A stretch of DNA of 63,982 nucleotides, the filler included, from an uncultured Clostridia bacterium (GTDB taxonomy: Bacteria; Aerophobota; Aerophobia; Aerophobales; B3-G15): NCBI GenBank assembly GCA_964482715.1. It is 4 parts of 4 records of this genome, joined end to end, with 100 filler letters (N's around TTAATTAATTAA, not from the genome) between each part and the next. Parts side by side here need not be neighbours in the genome. Positions count along the whole stretch, not along the records: positions 17,749 to 35,259 come from CAYZYX010000035.1; 3 more parts are not named here. One strand, 5' to 3'. Made by a program: the position numbers and the translations under genes. A model generated the notes under the pieces. It worked only from the letters and a program-made list of their open reading frames with translations, did not search any database and was not told the DNA's origin. Shown here in pieces: positions 21,210 through 30,641 of the stretch. Each line of letters starts with the position of its first letter. The first letter of the stretch is position 1.

Positions 21210-22927
21210 CTCCTGGTGGTTACATTAACCACTTCGCCATCAAATATCTCTATTGCTCGGGCAACAGTTTCCCTTAACGAGGGGGAACTTTTCTTTTCAG
21301 GTTTTTTTCTACCAGAGATACGCTTAAACTTAAGGGAGAACTTTTCGGGGAAAAATTTTTTAAGTTCCTCCAGTATAATCTTCTGATTTTCTCTATTTTC
21401 AAGTATCTCTTTGTGGAAGGTTTTCTCAGACCCCAAAACTATTTTACCATCTTCAATGGATAAAATATGCATTTTTTCCAGAAAGCTCCCCAGAGTTTTC
21501 TTTTTCTCTTTGATTTGTAGCACCACCTTTTTCCACCTCTCGGGGCCTTCTTTTGCCAGGTCTTGAATGCTCTCAGCAGGAAAACTTTCCGGTGCTTTAG
21601 AAGCAGGTTCTAATTTTTGTTTAGACTCCTGGAGAGATTTAATCTGGGCTTCTTTTCTGATTTCCGGAAAAGAAAAGGATTCTTTCTTTTTCTCTGGTAA
21701 CTCTTCTGCGTCTTTCTTTCTATCTTCCCGGATAAAATCAAGCTGTTTTTTTATCTTTTCCTCAAGACTAACTATTTTATGGTAAACGGTGGATAGCTGA
21801 GGATCGGTCAGCTTTTCTTGAGGTTCGTTTTCTTCAATAGAAAGGCGGATAATTAAAACTTCAAGGTAAATTTGGGGATTCGGGGAGTAGTGTATTTTCT
21901 CTTCTGCCTGACTTAAGCTTTGCATCATATCAACCAGCTGATTTACGGTAAAAAAGGAACTTTGCTGCTGAATAATTTTTTTTATTTCTACCTCGTCCTT
22001 CTGTAACTGACCAAAAAGAAACTCTTCTGTTTCTCCCATCTTAAACATCAAAAGATCTCTCAGCCAGTTAAGCCACCCCCGTAGAATCCACCGGGGACTT
22101 TTCCCTTTATCAAGAAGCTCATGGATAAGCTTTATGTTGGAAAGGGCATCATGACAATAAAGATTTTCTGTCATTTTTATAAGGTAATCTGTCTCCACCA
22201 TTCCCATAAGTCCAATTACATCATCTTCTTTTATACCTTGAGGAGAATAAGAGGTCAGCTGATCAAGAATCTTCTCTGCATCTCTCATACTGTTTTCCGA
22301 AGCCTCGGCAATTAACCTGAGAGCGGGTAAAGAAACACGTATCTTTTCTTTTTCTGCAATTTGACTTAGACGACTGACAATATCCTTTAACCCTATCTTT
22401 CGGAAGTCAAATCTCTGGCATCGGGATAGAATTGTAGGAGGGACTTTTTCTGGCTCAGTGGTAGCAAAAATAAAAACCACATGAGAAGGAGGTTCTTCCA
22501 GAGTCTTTAAAAGAGCATTAAAGGCAGGATGGGTTAACATGTGAACTTCGTCAATTATATAAACCTTAAACCTACCTTTTATAGGTGAAAAATTAACCTG
22601 CTCTCTTAGTTCCCTTACCTCATCTATTCCTCTGTTGGATGCACCATCTATTTCCAGAACATCAAGAGACTCTCCACTGGCAATCTCAACACAGCTGGAA
22701 CATTGGTTACAGGGAGAAGGGGTAATACCCTTCTCACAATTTAAAGCTTTAGCCATAATTCGGGCTGTACTGGTTTTACCGGTACCCCTTGGCCCGGCAA
22801 AAAGATAAGCATGGGCAATTTTTCCAAGCGAAAGAGCATTTTTTAAAGTTCGGGTTACATGATGCTGACCGACTATCTCTTCAAAAAGCTGAGGCCTCCA
22901 TTTTCGGGCCAGTACCTGATAGGTCAC
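21206..22927 (-). CDS. dnaX: DNA polymerase III subunit gamma/tau
   Basis: YQVLARKWRPQ, GPRGTGKT, EIDGASNRG, IIDEVHML, SRCQRFDF. Confidence 0.97.
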   Translation of the reverse strand: MTYQVLARKWRPQLFEEIVGQHHVTRTLKNALSLGKIAHAYLFAGPRGTGKTSTARIMAKALNCEKGITPSPCNQCSSCVEIASGESLDVLEIDGASNRGIDEVRELREQVNFSPIKGRFKVYIIDEVHMLTHPAFNALLKTLEEPPSHVVFIFATTEPEKVPPTILSRCQRFDFRKIGLKDIVSRLSQIAEKEKIRVSLPALRLIAEASENSMRDAEKILDQLTSYSPQGIKEDDVIGLMGMVETDYLIKMTENLYCHDALSNIKLIHELLDKGKSPRWILRGWLNWLRDLLMFKMGETEEFLFGQLQKDEVEIKKIIQQQSSFFTVNQLVDMMQSLSQAEEKIHYSPNPQIYLEVLIIRLSIEENEPQEKLTDPQLSTVYHKIVSLEEKIKKQLDFIREDRKKDAEELPEKKKESFSFPEIRKEAQIKSLQESKQKLEPASKAPESFPAESIQDLAKEGPERWKKVVLQIKEKKKTLGSFLEKMHILSIEDGKIVLGSEKTFHKEILENRENQKIILEELKKFFPEKFSLKFKRISGRKKPEKKSSPSLRETVARAIEIFDGEVVNVTTRR

Positions 22928-22954
22928 ATTACTCTCCTCTTATGGTGGGAAAGA

Positions 22955-23030
22955 TGGTGGAGATGGGGGGAGTCGAACCCCCGACCTCTTGCGTGCAAAG
23001 CAAGCGCTCTCCCGGCTGAGCTACATCCCC
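22955..23030 (-). tRNA. tRNA-Ala(TGC) with encoded CCA
   Basis: GGGGATGTAGCTCAG...CTTGC-TTTGCAC-GCAAG...TTCGA...CATCTCCACCA; G3:U70. Confidence 0.97.
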
Positions 23031-23083
23031 GTTTAAAATATAATTTTAACAAATTAAATTGAAAACGCAACAGTGAAGGTGCT

Positions 23084-23279
23084 GACATTGGGACAGTTTT
23101 TACCTGTACCTTTTTCTTTAGGCTCCCGGGTATCTCACGGAAGACGGCCTCGCACAGGTTTATCTCACCTATTATTTTAGTGCAGCTCGGCCTCCGCTTT
23201 TTGGCTGTGCAAGAGTAGCTACTATGGCGAAGCTTTCTGCTCGCCAAAAAGAGGCTTCCTTTGAGATACCCGGGAGCCT
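23084..23279. repeat. About 160-nt element bounded by a perfect 18-bp inverted repeat, plus a conserved flank (MITE/REP-like or structured RNA)
   Basis: AGGCTCCCGGGTATCTCA (23120-23137) ... TGAGATACCCGGGAGCCT (23262-23279); internal hairpins; partial second copy at 15755-15837. Confidence 0.7.
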
Positions 23280-23312
23280 TTATCTTCATGAGAAAAAATC
23301 TACCAATTTCAG

Positions 23313-23385
23313 TGGAGATGAGGGGATTCGAACCCCCGACCTCTTGCGTGCGAAGCAAGCGCTCTCCCGGCTGAGCTACATCCCC
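23313..23385 (-). tRNA. tRNA-Ala(CGC), CCA not encoded
   Basis: Nearly the same body as the TGC copy, with anticodon loop TTCGCAC; G3:U70. Confidence 0.96.
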
Positions 23386-23506
23386 ACATTCAGTTACAAA
23401 TATATCAAATTTCCACCAAAAGACAACCGGGAGAACTTTGAAATTGACAAGTGGTTATATTTTTTTATTTTTAAACTATCAGTCCAAAATAAAAGGAGGG
23501 TGGAAA

Positions 23507-24022
23507 ATGACTGTAATGGAAGCCATCGAGAAGAGAAGAAGTGTGAGAGCTTACAAAAAAGATCCCATCCCGGAAGAGAAACTACTCAGGGTTCTGGATG
23601 CCGCACGTCTTGCTCCCTCAGCCAATAATCGCCAGGCCTGGAAATTTGTTGTGGTAAAGGATGAAGAAAAAAGAAAAAAACTTATAAAAGCAGCTGCAAA
23701 CCAGTCTTTTGTGGGAGAAGCCCCGGTGGTAATTGCCGCTGTAGCTTTAAATCCCACCCATGTCATGCGGTGTGAGGTTCCAAGTTATGCGGTAGACCTT
23801 GCCATTGCTGTTGACCACATGACTCTGGTTGCAGTAGAAGAAGGACTCGGGACCTGCTGGATTGGTGCATTTTACCAGGATGAGGTGCGAAAGATCTTAA
23901 ATATTCCTGAAAAATACAAAGTGGTAGCCCTTTTACCTCTTGGATTTCCAGCTGACAGTCCCGGCAAGAAATACAGAAAATCACTTGAAGAGATAGTCTG
24001 TTACGACACATTTACTGAATGA
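23507..24022 (+). CDS. Nitroreductase family protein
   Basis: RRSVRAY, ARLAPSANNRQAW, GLGTCWIG; start reassigned to ATG 23507 after AGGAGG. Confidence 0.92.
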   Translation: MTVMEAIEKRRSVRAYKKDPIPEEKLLRVLDAARLAPSANNRQAWKFVVVKDEEKRKKLIKAAANQSFVGEAPVVIAAVALNPTHVMRCEVPSYAVDLAIAVDHMTLVAVEEGLGTCWIGAFYQDEVRKILNIPEKYKVVALLPLGFPADSPGKKYRKSLEEIVCYDTFTE

Positions 24023-24036
24023 AAATTAAAAATTAA

Positions 24037-25053
24037 ATGAACATCACCCTGCGATGGAAGCTTACAATTACCCTGATGGTTGTAATGACTGTGTTTGTCA
24101 CCGGAACAGTGGGTTACCACTACATAGAGGGCTGGTCTTTATTTGATTCTCTTTATATGACCGCCATAACTTTGACTTCAGTGGGTTACCAGGAGGTGCA
24201 TCCTCTCTCCAGAGAGGGAAAGATCTTCACAATATTTCTTGTTGTATGCGGGTATGGAATTCTGGCAGTGACTATAGGACTTGTGAGCACCTTTCTCATT
24301 GAAGCCGAGTTCAAAGAAATAAGAAGGCTAAGAAAAATGGAAAAAAAGCTGGAGAAAATTGAGGGACATTACATAATCTGTGGGGGAGGAAGAATAGGAG
24401 AGAGAATAGTGGAGGAATTCATCAAAGCAAAAATTCCTTTTGTAGTTATAGAGAAAGAAGAGGAGAGGATAAACCTCCTGGTGGAAAAATATCCGGAACT
24501 TATTTACGTTAGAGGAGATGCTACCGATGAGGATATTCTACGGAAAGCCCGGATAGAAAAAGCTAAGGGCCTTCTTACCACTTTCCCTTCTGATGCTGAT
24601 AATCTCTTTGTGGTTATCTCAGCAAGGGCTATAAACCCCCGTTTGAGAATAATTTCTCGTGCTGCCCAGGAGGAAACTCAGGATAAGCTCGCGGCTGCTG
24701 GAGTGGATGCTGTTATACTGCCTGATCTTATCGGGGCTTTACGAATGGCTTCCCTGGTTATCCGACCCAATGTAGTCTCTTTCCTGGATATAATGACCGG
24801 TACAGGTGAGGTTACCCTGAATCTTGAGGAGGTTGAAATCCCTGCGGGTTCCTGGCTCATTGGAAAAACACTGGGTGATGCAAAAATACCGAGTAAGACG
24901 GGGTTAATAGTTATTGCTGTGAAAAAAGAGGGAGAAGATAAATTCAAATTTAATCCGCTCTCATCGGAGAAGATAAACTCCAACGATGTGCTGGTGGTTC
25001 TGGGAAATGATGAGCAGATAAGCAGGCTAAGAGAGTATGTCAGAGAAAGATAG
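24037..25053 (+). CDS. MthK-like potassium channel (pore + TrkA-N/TrkA-C RCK domains)
   Basis: 2 TM with pore TLTSVGY; Rossmann motif CGGGRIG; GDAT; TrkA-C domain. Confidence 0.88.
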   Translation: MNITLRWKLTITLMVVMTVFVTGTVGYHYIEGWSLFDSLYMTAITLTSVGYQEVHPLSREGKIFTIFLVVCGYGILAVTIGLVSTFLIEAEFKEIRRLRKMEKKLEKIEGHYIICGGGRIGERIVEEFIKAKIPFVVIEKEEERINLLVEKYPELIYVRGDATDEDILRKARIEKAKGLLTTFPSDADNLFVVISARAINPRLRIISRAAQEETQDKLAAAGVDAVILPDLIGALRMASLVIRPNVVSFLDIMTGTGEVTLNLEEVEIPAGSWLIGKTLGDAKIPSKTGLIVIAVKKEGEDKFKFNPLSSEKINSNDVLVVLGNDEQISRLREYVRER

Positions 25054-25057
25054 AGGT

Positions 25058-26062
25058 TTACAGATTGTCAAGGTACCCTTCTTCCATGAATTTTTTAAAA
25101 TGAGGAATCACAAGATCCACAAGTGAAGGATCAAATTGTATACCTTTTTTTCTTACTATTTCCTCGAGGGCTTGTCGGGGGGTTAATTTGTTACGGTAGC
25201 ACCTGTCCGTGGTCATGGCATCGTAAGCATCTATTATACTGAAAAGCCTTGCCGGGAAAGGAATTTCTTTACCCTTTCTGCCTTCAGGGTATCCAGTTCC
25301 ATCCCAGCTCTCATGATGATAAAGAACTATATCAAGTCCCTCCTTGAGAAAGGTGGTGGGGCGGAGTATATGAAAACCAATGACCGGATGTTGTTTTATT
25401 TTTTGGTATTCTTCAGGGGTGAGGGATTCCCTCTTTCTTAAGATACTTTCTTCAATCCCGATCTTTCCTATATCGTGAAGTTCGGCTACTTTTTTGTAAA
25501 TATTTAGTCTGGAAGGAGAAATACCAATTCTCTCTCCAATTCTTAAAAGAAGCTGGGAGGTTCTCCGTGAATGTTCAGCTGTATAAGAATCCTTTGCATC
25601 TACAGCCAGGACAAGTGCCCTGGTAGTAGCCTCATAGTTATCTTCAATTGCTTTCTGCAGGTCTTTTATCATTCTGGTGTTTTCCATAACCTGGTTTCTT
25701 TTCTGAAGAGCTTTTTCTGCAGCCTCCAGAACCTCATCCTGACCAAAAGGCTTAACGATATAATCAAAAGCCCCCAGACGAAAAGCCCTTAGGCTTGAAG
25801 AAAAGTCCGGGTAAGCTGTAATCATGATCACCTCTACCTGGGGTTTGGTTTCCTTTATCTTTTCCAGAAATTCAAGTCCATTCATGCTAACCATTCTTAT
25901 ATCAGTAAATATAAGGTCCGGCTCAAGTGAAGGTTTAGCAAGGACTTCTTCCGGGGAACTGAAAGTAAAGACACAATATTTATCCTTCAAGATCATGCGT
26001 AAAGATTCCTGCACACTGATTTCATCATCCACCACAAAAATGGTTGCCTTTTTATCTTCCAA
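25058..26062 (-). CDS. Response regulator with HD-GYP domain (RpfG-like c-di-GMP phosphodiesterase)
   Basis: REC (VVDD, DIRM, ITA, YIVKP) plus YTAEHS, LHDIGKIG, HHESWDGTGYP, DAYDAM. Confidence 0.92.
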   Translation of the reverse strand: MEDKKATIFVVDDEISVQESLRMILKDKYCVFTFSSPEEVLAKPSLEPDLIFTDIRMVSMNGLEFLEKIKETKPQVEVIMITAYPDFSSSLRAFRLGAFDYIVKPFGQDEVLEAAEKALQKRNQVMENTRMIKDLQKAIEDNYEATTRALVLAVDAKDSYTAEHSRRTSQLLLRIGERIGISPSRLNIYKKVAELHDIGKIGIEESILRKRESLTPEEYQKIKQHPVIGFHILRPTTFLKEGLDIVLYHHESWDGTGYPEGRKGKEIPFPARLFSIIDAYDAMTTDRCYRNKLTPRQALEEIVRKKGIQFDPSLVDLVIPHFKKFMEEGYLDNL

Positions 26063-26079
26063 TTAAAAACTCCTTACTT

Positions 26080-28131
26080 TTATTCGGGAATCTGGTATAG
26101 AGGTAAATAAACTAACATGGTGGTTCCTTTTCCTTTCTCGCTCCTGGCAACTATAAAACCCCCATGTTCCTCAATAATACTCTGAGAAATGGTAAGCCCA
26201 AGACCTATACCCCTGTTTTTGGTGGTGAAAAAGGGGTCAAATATCTTATTTTCCTTTCCCTCAGGTAGACCGGGACCGGTATCTTTAATCTCAATCTTTA
26301 CAAACTTTTCTAATCCGGTAAGAAGCTTTTTATCCTTTTTCTTTATACTATTAAGAAAATTTTCAGGCACAGATTTTAAGATCTCAAAGCTTATATTCAC
26401 CTTTACCATATTTTTATCAGGCAAAGCTTCAACAGAATTTACAAGGATGTGGTTAAGTGCCTGGATCATATAACTTCTGTCCACATAAACCATAAGATTC
26501 TCTTTGGGTGGATAAACATTTATCTTGATTTTTTCACTCTCAGCCACTTTCTCCTTAACCCTGGCAATTGCCTGTTCCACCAGTTGGCTAACCGATTGAG
26601 CAGTTCTGTCAAGCTTCAAGGGCTGACTGAAGAAAAGTAATCTCTCAATAAGATCGTCTATACGCTCAATTTCTCTTTTTACCACTGAAAAGAAATCCTT
26701 CTGGAATTCCTTATCAAGGTATCTGGCAGGTAAAAGTTCGGCAACTGATTTAATAGGAACAAAACTGTTTCGAAGTTCGTGAGAAAGACGTGCAGCAACC
26801 CGGGACAGAAAATCCATCTTCTGAATTTTTTTTCTCTCCTCCTCCAGGATCTTTATTGGGGTGAGGTCGGTAAAAATCATCAGGCTCCCGGTGACGTTTC
26901 CCTGAGCATCTTTCATTTGATTTGTGCTTATTCCCATCCAGCGCTTTACTGCTGGAACGTAAACCTCTTCCCGGATATGGGAAACTCCATCGGTCAGGGT
27001 TTCGTATAAAAGATCCCCTAAGGGGGAAGGAAGTCTCCTTATATCCTGACCTTTTAAGTCCTCCAAATCAAGATTTAAAAGCTTCCTGGCTCGAGGATTA
27101 CAGGTTGTGATTTTTTTTTCAACATCTACACTTATTACCCCGCTTGATGCATCTTTAAGAATATTTTCAATATAATTTTTCTGATAAGACATCTCCTCAT
27201 AATAAAGCAGGTTCTGAATAGCAATTCCCGCTTGATTGGAAAACAAAAAGATTTGCTTAATCTCTTCGGAGGGCATTTCTTCTCCTGTTATTCTGGGACC
27301 AAGACCGAGGATTCCTATTAGTTCTCCCTGGGGAGAAAGAGGAATAACAACATTGGACTGGATAAGTTTCATCTCCTGTTTTATTTCGTAGGCAGTTTTA
27401 AGGTCAATATTGAGAGTACTTTCTCTGGTAACTACTGTTCCTTCTCGAGTTAGCCATCTGGCCAGTCCTCTTTCGGGATGGAGCTGGACGTACTTTTTTA
27501 TATGATCAGCCAACCCCAGACAGGCCTTAATCCTGTAAATATTATTCACCCTATCTTTTAAAAGAAGACAGAGACGAGTAATTCCAAATTTTCTGGCTAT
27601 AAGGTTTAAAAAGAAGTTAGTAAGCTCATCTAAGTTATATCCACAGGTTAAAAAACTGGACATTTGCTCGAGAAATTCCCGCTCTGCGGAAGTTACAATC
27701 TTTCTTTCTGATTTTGGAGACAAAGCAGGCTGTCCTTTAAAAAGTTTTTTCTCCTCCTCAAAGCGGCTAAGAAACATATCCCTTTCAATTTTCTCTCTTA
27801 CCAGTCTTGGAAGAAGAGTAAGATTCCTATCCACATCCACATACTCATAAAGACCTCTCTTTCTTGCTGCTTTAACAATCTCCTCTTTCACCTCTCTTCC
27901 TATTCCGATGATGGTTGCTGAATCGCTGTATCTTTTAATCCGGGAAATCATATCCAGACCCTCCCAGCTAAGTGAAGAAAAATCAATAATTACAAGTTCA
28001 ACCAGGGGAATGAGACTTTCTATTCGCTCTTTGTTGCCATTTCCTGTTATAATGAAATATCTTGAACCTAAAACTTGAGCTAAAAAATCTTTTCTTTTCT
28101 CCTCACGGGTTATAAATAATATGCTGGCCAT
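26080..28131 (-). CDS. Soluble histidine kinase: degenerate REC-GAF-PAS-HisKA-HATPase
   Basis: H-box HELRNS, N-box NSVEA, DTGPG, FFTTK, GIGLGL; GAF (GELIGILGLG), PAS (SGVISVD..CNPRA). Confidence 0.87.
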   Translation of the reverse strand: MASILFITREEKRKDFLAQVLGSRYFIITGNGNKERIESLIPLVELVIIDFSSLSWEGLDMISRIKRYSDSATIIGIGREVKEEIVKAARKRGLYEYVDVDRNLTLLPRLVREKIERDMFLSRFEEEKKLFKGQPALSPKSERKIVTSAEREFLEQMSSFLTCGYNLDELTNFFLNLIARKFGITRLCLLLKDRVNNIYRIKACLGLADHIKKYVQLHPERGLARWLTREGTVVTRESTLNIDLKTAYEIKQEMKLIQSNVVIPLSPQGELIGILGLGPRITGEEMPSEEIKQIFLFSNQAGIAIQNLLYYEEMSYQKNYIENILKDASSGVISVDVEKKITTCNPRARKLLNLDLEDLKGQDIRRLPSPLGDLLYETLTDGVSHIREEVYVPAVKRWMGISTNQMKDAQGNVTGSLMIFTDLTPIKILEEERKKIQKMDFLSRVAARLSHELRNSFVPIKSVAELLPARYLDKEFQKDFFSVVKREIERIDDLIERLLFFSQPLKLDRTAQSVSQLVEQAIARVKEKVAESEKIKINVYPPKENLMVYVDRSYMIQALNHILVNSVEALPDKNMVKVNISFEILKSVPENFLNSIKKKDKKLLTGLEKFVKIEIKDTGPGLPEGKENKIFDPFFTTKNRGIGLGLTISQSIIEEHGGFIVARSEKGKGTTMLVYLPLYQIPE

Positions 28132-28157
28132 TGCAGTTTTCTCTTTTTTCTTGTCTT

Positions 28158-30641
28158 CTATAGAATTTGCCCATCTTTTCCATCAGTCTGCTGGTTCTCT
28201 TTTAAAAGGGGTAGTTCAACTGTTACCTCAGCCCCCTTTTCCCAATTCCTCACCTTTATTCTTCCTTGATGGCTTTGAACAACGCGATAGGCAAGAAAGA
28301 GCCCCAATCCTGAGCCTTTCTTTTTGGTGGTGTAAAAAACATCCAGGGCTTTCTCCAGAGATTCTTCGGAAAACCCAGGACCTGTATCTCTGAAAATTAC
28401 ACAAACAGGTAGCGGGCTGTTTTTTCTCTCTTCAACATTGACCAGAATATGCCCTTCCTCGTCAACTGCTTCAATACTGTTTATGATAATATTAGAGAAA
28501 GCCTTCTTTAACTCAGATTTATCAGCAAGAATGAGAGGCTTAAAGGTATAGTTCTTAAATACTTTAATCTTTCTGGCTGCAAGTTGAATGCTAAGGTCTT
28601 CCAGGGTTTCTTCCAGAAGGTCTTTGATATTAACTCTGGAGTGCCTTTTATTTTCATTTCTTATGGAAAGGTTCAAAAGTTTATTAACCCTCTCATTTAT
28701 TCTATCCACTTCTTTTAAAGCTACATTCATAAATTTTACCCGAAATTCCTGATCATTATATTTACTGGGAAGAAGCTGAGCCAGTGTCTTTATGGAAACA
28801 AGAGGGTTCTTTATTTCATGAGCAAGCTCCCCTGCTATAGTCCCCATGGTGGCGAGTTTTTCAGCTCTTCTTACCTCTTTCTCCAGCTCTTTAACTCTGG
28901 TAAGATCAGTCAAAACAGAGATAACCTGCTTTATCTGGCTACCATTCATCTCGTCATAAAGAAGAGTTGTATTTATCATTACCGGAATCTTCCTTTTCTT
29001 TTTCCCGTTAAGATCAAGCTGGAATTCAAGATCATTATAGCTTACTTTTTCTTTATACACATTTTTGAACAATTTATCAAGTGGAGAGGGGAGAACCGAA
29101 TATCTTTTGCCCATCACGTATTCTCGGGAAAGTCCGGTGATTTTCTCTGCCTGCAGATTAAAAGCAGAAATTTTACCACTCTCATCAAGACTTATAACCC
29201 CGCTACGCATGCCCTGAAGAATCACCTCATTGTAATGGCTCATATTTTTCACCTGCTGGAAAAGCTTTGCATTCTCAAGTGCAATAGACGCTTCATCGAG
29301 AAAGAGGGAAAGAAGATGGATATCTAAACTGGTGTATATGTCTCCTGATAGCTTTCCTCCCAGACAGAGAAATCCCACCATTTGATCTCTAAATATCATG
29401 GGTAGAACAAGCTTTATCTGAAGCTGGTTAAAAAAGTCATGCAATTTCTCCCTGAGTCCTGAAGGTATGATAGCAAGATCTTCCTCCAGCAATACATCCT
29501 TTCTCTCCTTCAGTAAAGTTACAAGGATGTGGTCAGTATTTAAAGTGCTTTGGGGACAGTTTATTTTTTCAGGAAGTTTCGCTTTACACTCATAAATCCC
29601 TTTATCTTCTTTTAAAATATAAAGGTAACCAAGTGAAGCAGCCAGACTCTGGACAGCCTTTTCAATGATAAAATTTAGTAAAACATCAACTTCCAGTATG
29701 GTGGCAAGCTCTCGTGAGTACCTGGTTAATTCTCGATAATGGGTCTCCCCCTGGGGATAAAATAGTTTTACAAATATATCTTCAATTCTCTTTCGCAAGG
29801 GGTTAAAAACAAGGGCAAAGCAAAAAGAGATAAGAAGTATTATCAGAAAAGATGCAGCCTGATTGATGGAGCCAAAGAGCCGGGCAGGAGGATAAATTGC
29901 TATGAGGAAAAAAAGGGCAACAAAAGCTGTCATTACCGAATAAGTGAGCACAGTTCTGAAGACTATCCTTATATCCATCAATCTGTATTTAACAATGGTG
30001 TAAGCGTTGGTAAAGACAAAGGCTATGAGGAAAAAATCATGGGGGAAATACTCTTTAATCCCGTAAACGTTGGCAAAATGCATAAGTCCACCTGCATAAG
30101 CCAGAAAACAGCTAAGGAAAAGATACTTATACTGATTTCTCTGGAACCCGGAGGAGAACCTGTACCTGTTTGCCAGTAAAAAGAATCCATAGATACATAT
30201 AACTCCAAATCCACCTACAAATACATTATAAAGAAATCCCGGGACTATCCCGTATCTATAAGTATTAGATGGACAGAGACCTTTCATAAAGAAGCTGGAA
30301 AAACAGAGAAAGCTAAAAACAAGAGAAAACAGGTAGCTAAGGTAAAGTGCAAGTTTTTGTTTTTTTACTTCGTTCAGCATTTCTATGACAAAATGAAGGT
30401 AAAGTGTGGGTCCAAAGGAGGCAAAAACATATATTATTCGAGAAAAAAGAAGCTTGGTGGATAAGTCAAGATAGGAATTCATCGTAGCAGGATAAAGACA
30501 CCATACTCCAATGGAAAGACAGAGCAGGGCAAAAAGTTTATTTCTCGCCCTTTCTCTATTCTTCAAGTAAACAAAAACAGCCATTACTATATTAACTAAA
30601 AAAGCGGAAAGACCTGCTACCACAAAAGTTGTTATCTCCAT
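28158..30641 (-). CDS. Membrane histidine kinase: multi-TM (HisKA_7TM-like) sensor-GAF-PAS-HisKA-HATPase
   Basis: Hydrophobic N-terminal ~280 aa with YTIVKYRLMDI; H-box HEIKNP; DTGPG; GSGLGL. Confidence 0.88.
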   Translation of the reverse strand: MEITTFVVAGLSAFLVNIVMAVFVYLKNRERARNKLFALLCLSIGVWCLYPATMNSYLDLSTKLLFSRIIYVFASFGPTLYLHFVIEMLNEVKKQKLALYLSYLFSLVFSFLCFSSFFMKGLCPSNTYRYGIVPGFLYNVFVGGFGVICIYGFFLLANRYRFSSGFQRNQYKYLFLSCFLAYAGGLMHFANVYGIKEYFPHDFFLIAFVFTNAYTIVKYRLMDIRIVFRTVLTYSVMTAFVALFFLIAIYPPARLFGSINQAASFLIILLISFCFALVFNPLRKRIEDIFVKLFYPQGETHYRELTRYSRELATILEVDVLLNFIIEKAVQSLAASLGYLYILKEDKGIYECKAKLPEKINCPQSTLNTDHILVTLLKERKDVLLEEDLAIIPSGLREKLHDFFNQLQIKLVLPMIFRDQMVGFLCLGGKLSGDIYTSLDIHLLSLFLDEASIALENAKLFQQVKNMSHYNEVILQGMRSGVISLDESGKISAFNLQAEKITGLSREYVMGKRYSVLPSPLDKLFKNVYKEKVSYNDLEFQLDLNGKKKRKIPVMINTTLLYDEMNGSQIKQVISVLTDLTRVKELEKEVRRAEKLATMGTIAGELAHEIKNPLVSIKTLAQLLPSKYNDQEFRVKFMNVALKEVDRINERVNKLLNLSIRNENKRHSRVNIKDLLEETLEDLSIQLAARKIKVFKNYTFKPLILADKSELKKAFSNIIINSIEAVDEEGHILVNVEERKNSPLPVCVIFRDTGPGFSEESLEKALDVFYTTKKKGSGLGLFLAYRVVQSHQGRIKVRNWEKGAEVTVELPLLKENQQTDGKDGQIL

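Noticed and set aside
21744-21754. A-run (A AAA AAA) in dnaX as a gamma/tau frameshift or slippage site
   Set aside because: A-runs are frequent in this AT-rich genome, and no clear stimulatory SD or hairpin was seen
23120-23279. SRP RNA (ffs), expected upstream of dnaX
   Set aside because: No CAGG..GNRA..AGCAG domain IV motif seen on either strand
22924-23358. 144-aa minus-strand ORF (and plus-strand ORFs 22789-23062, 23224-23628)
   Set aside because: They overlap the two tRNA-Ala genes and the IR element; shadow ORFs
28818-29327. 169-aa antisense ORF and the many other 60-150 aa antisense or alternate-frame ORFs inside long genes
   Set aside because: Fully nested in well-supported genes, with no motifs or RBS
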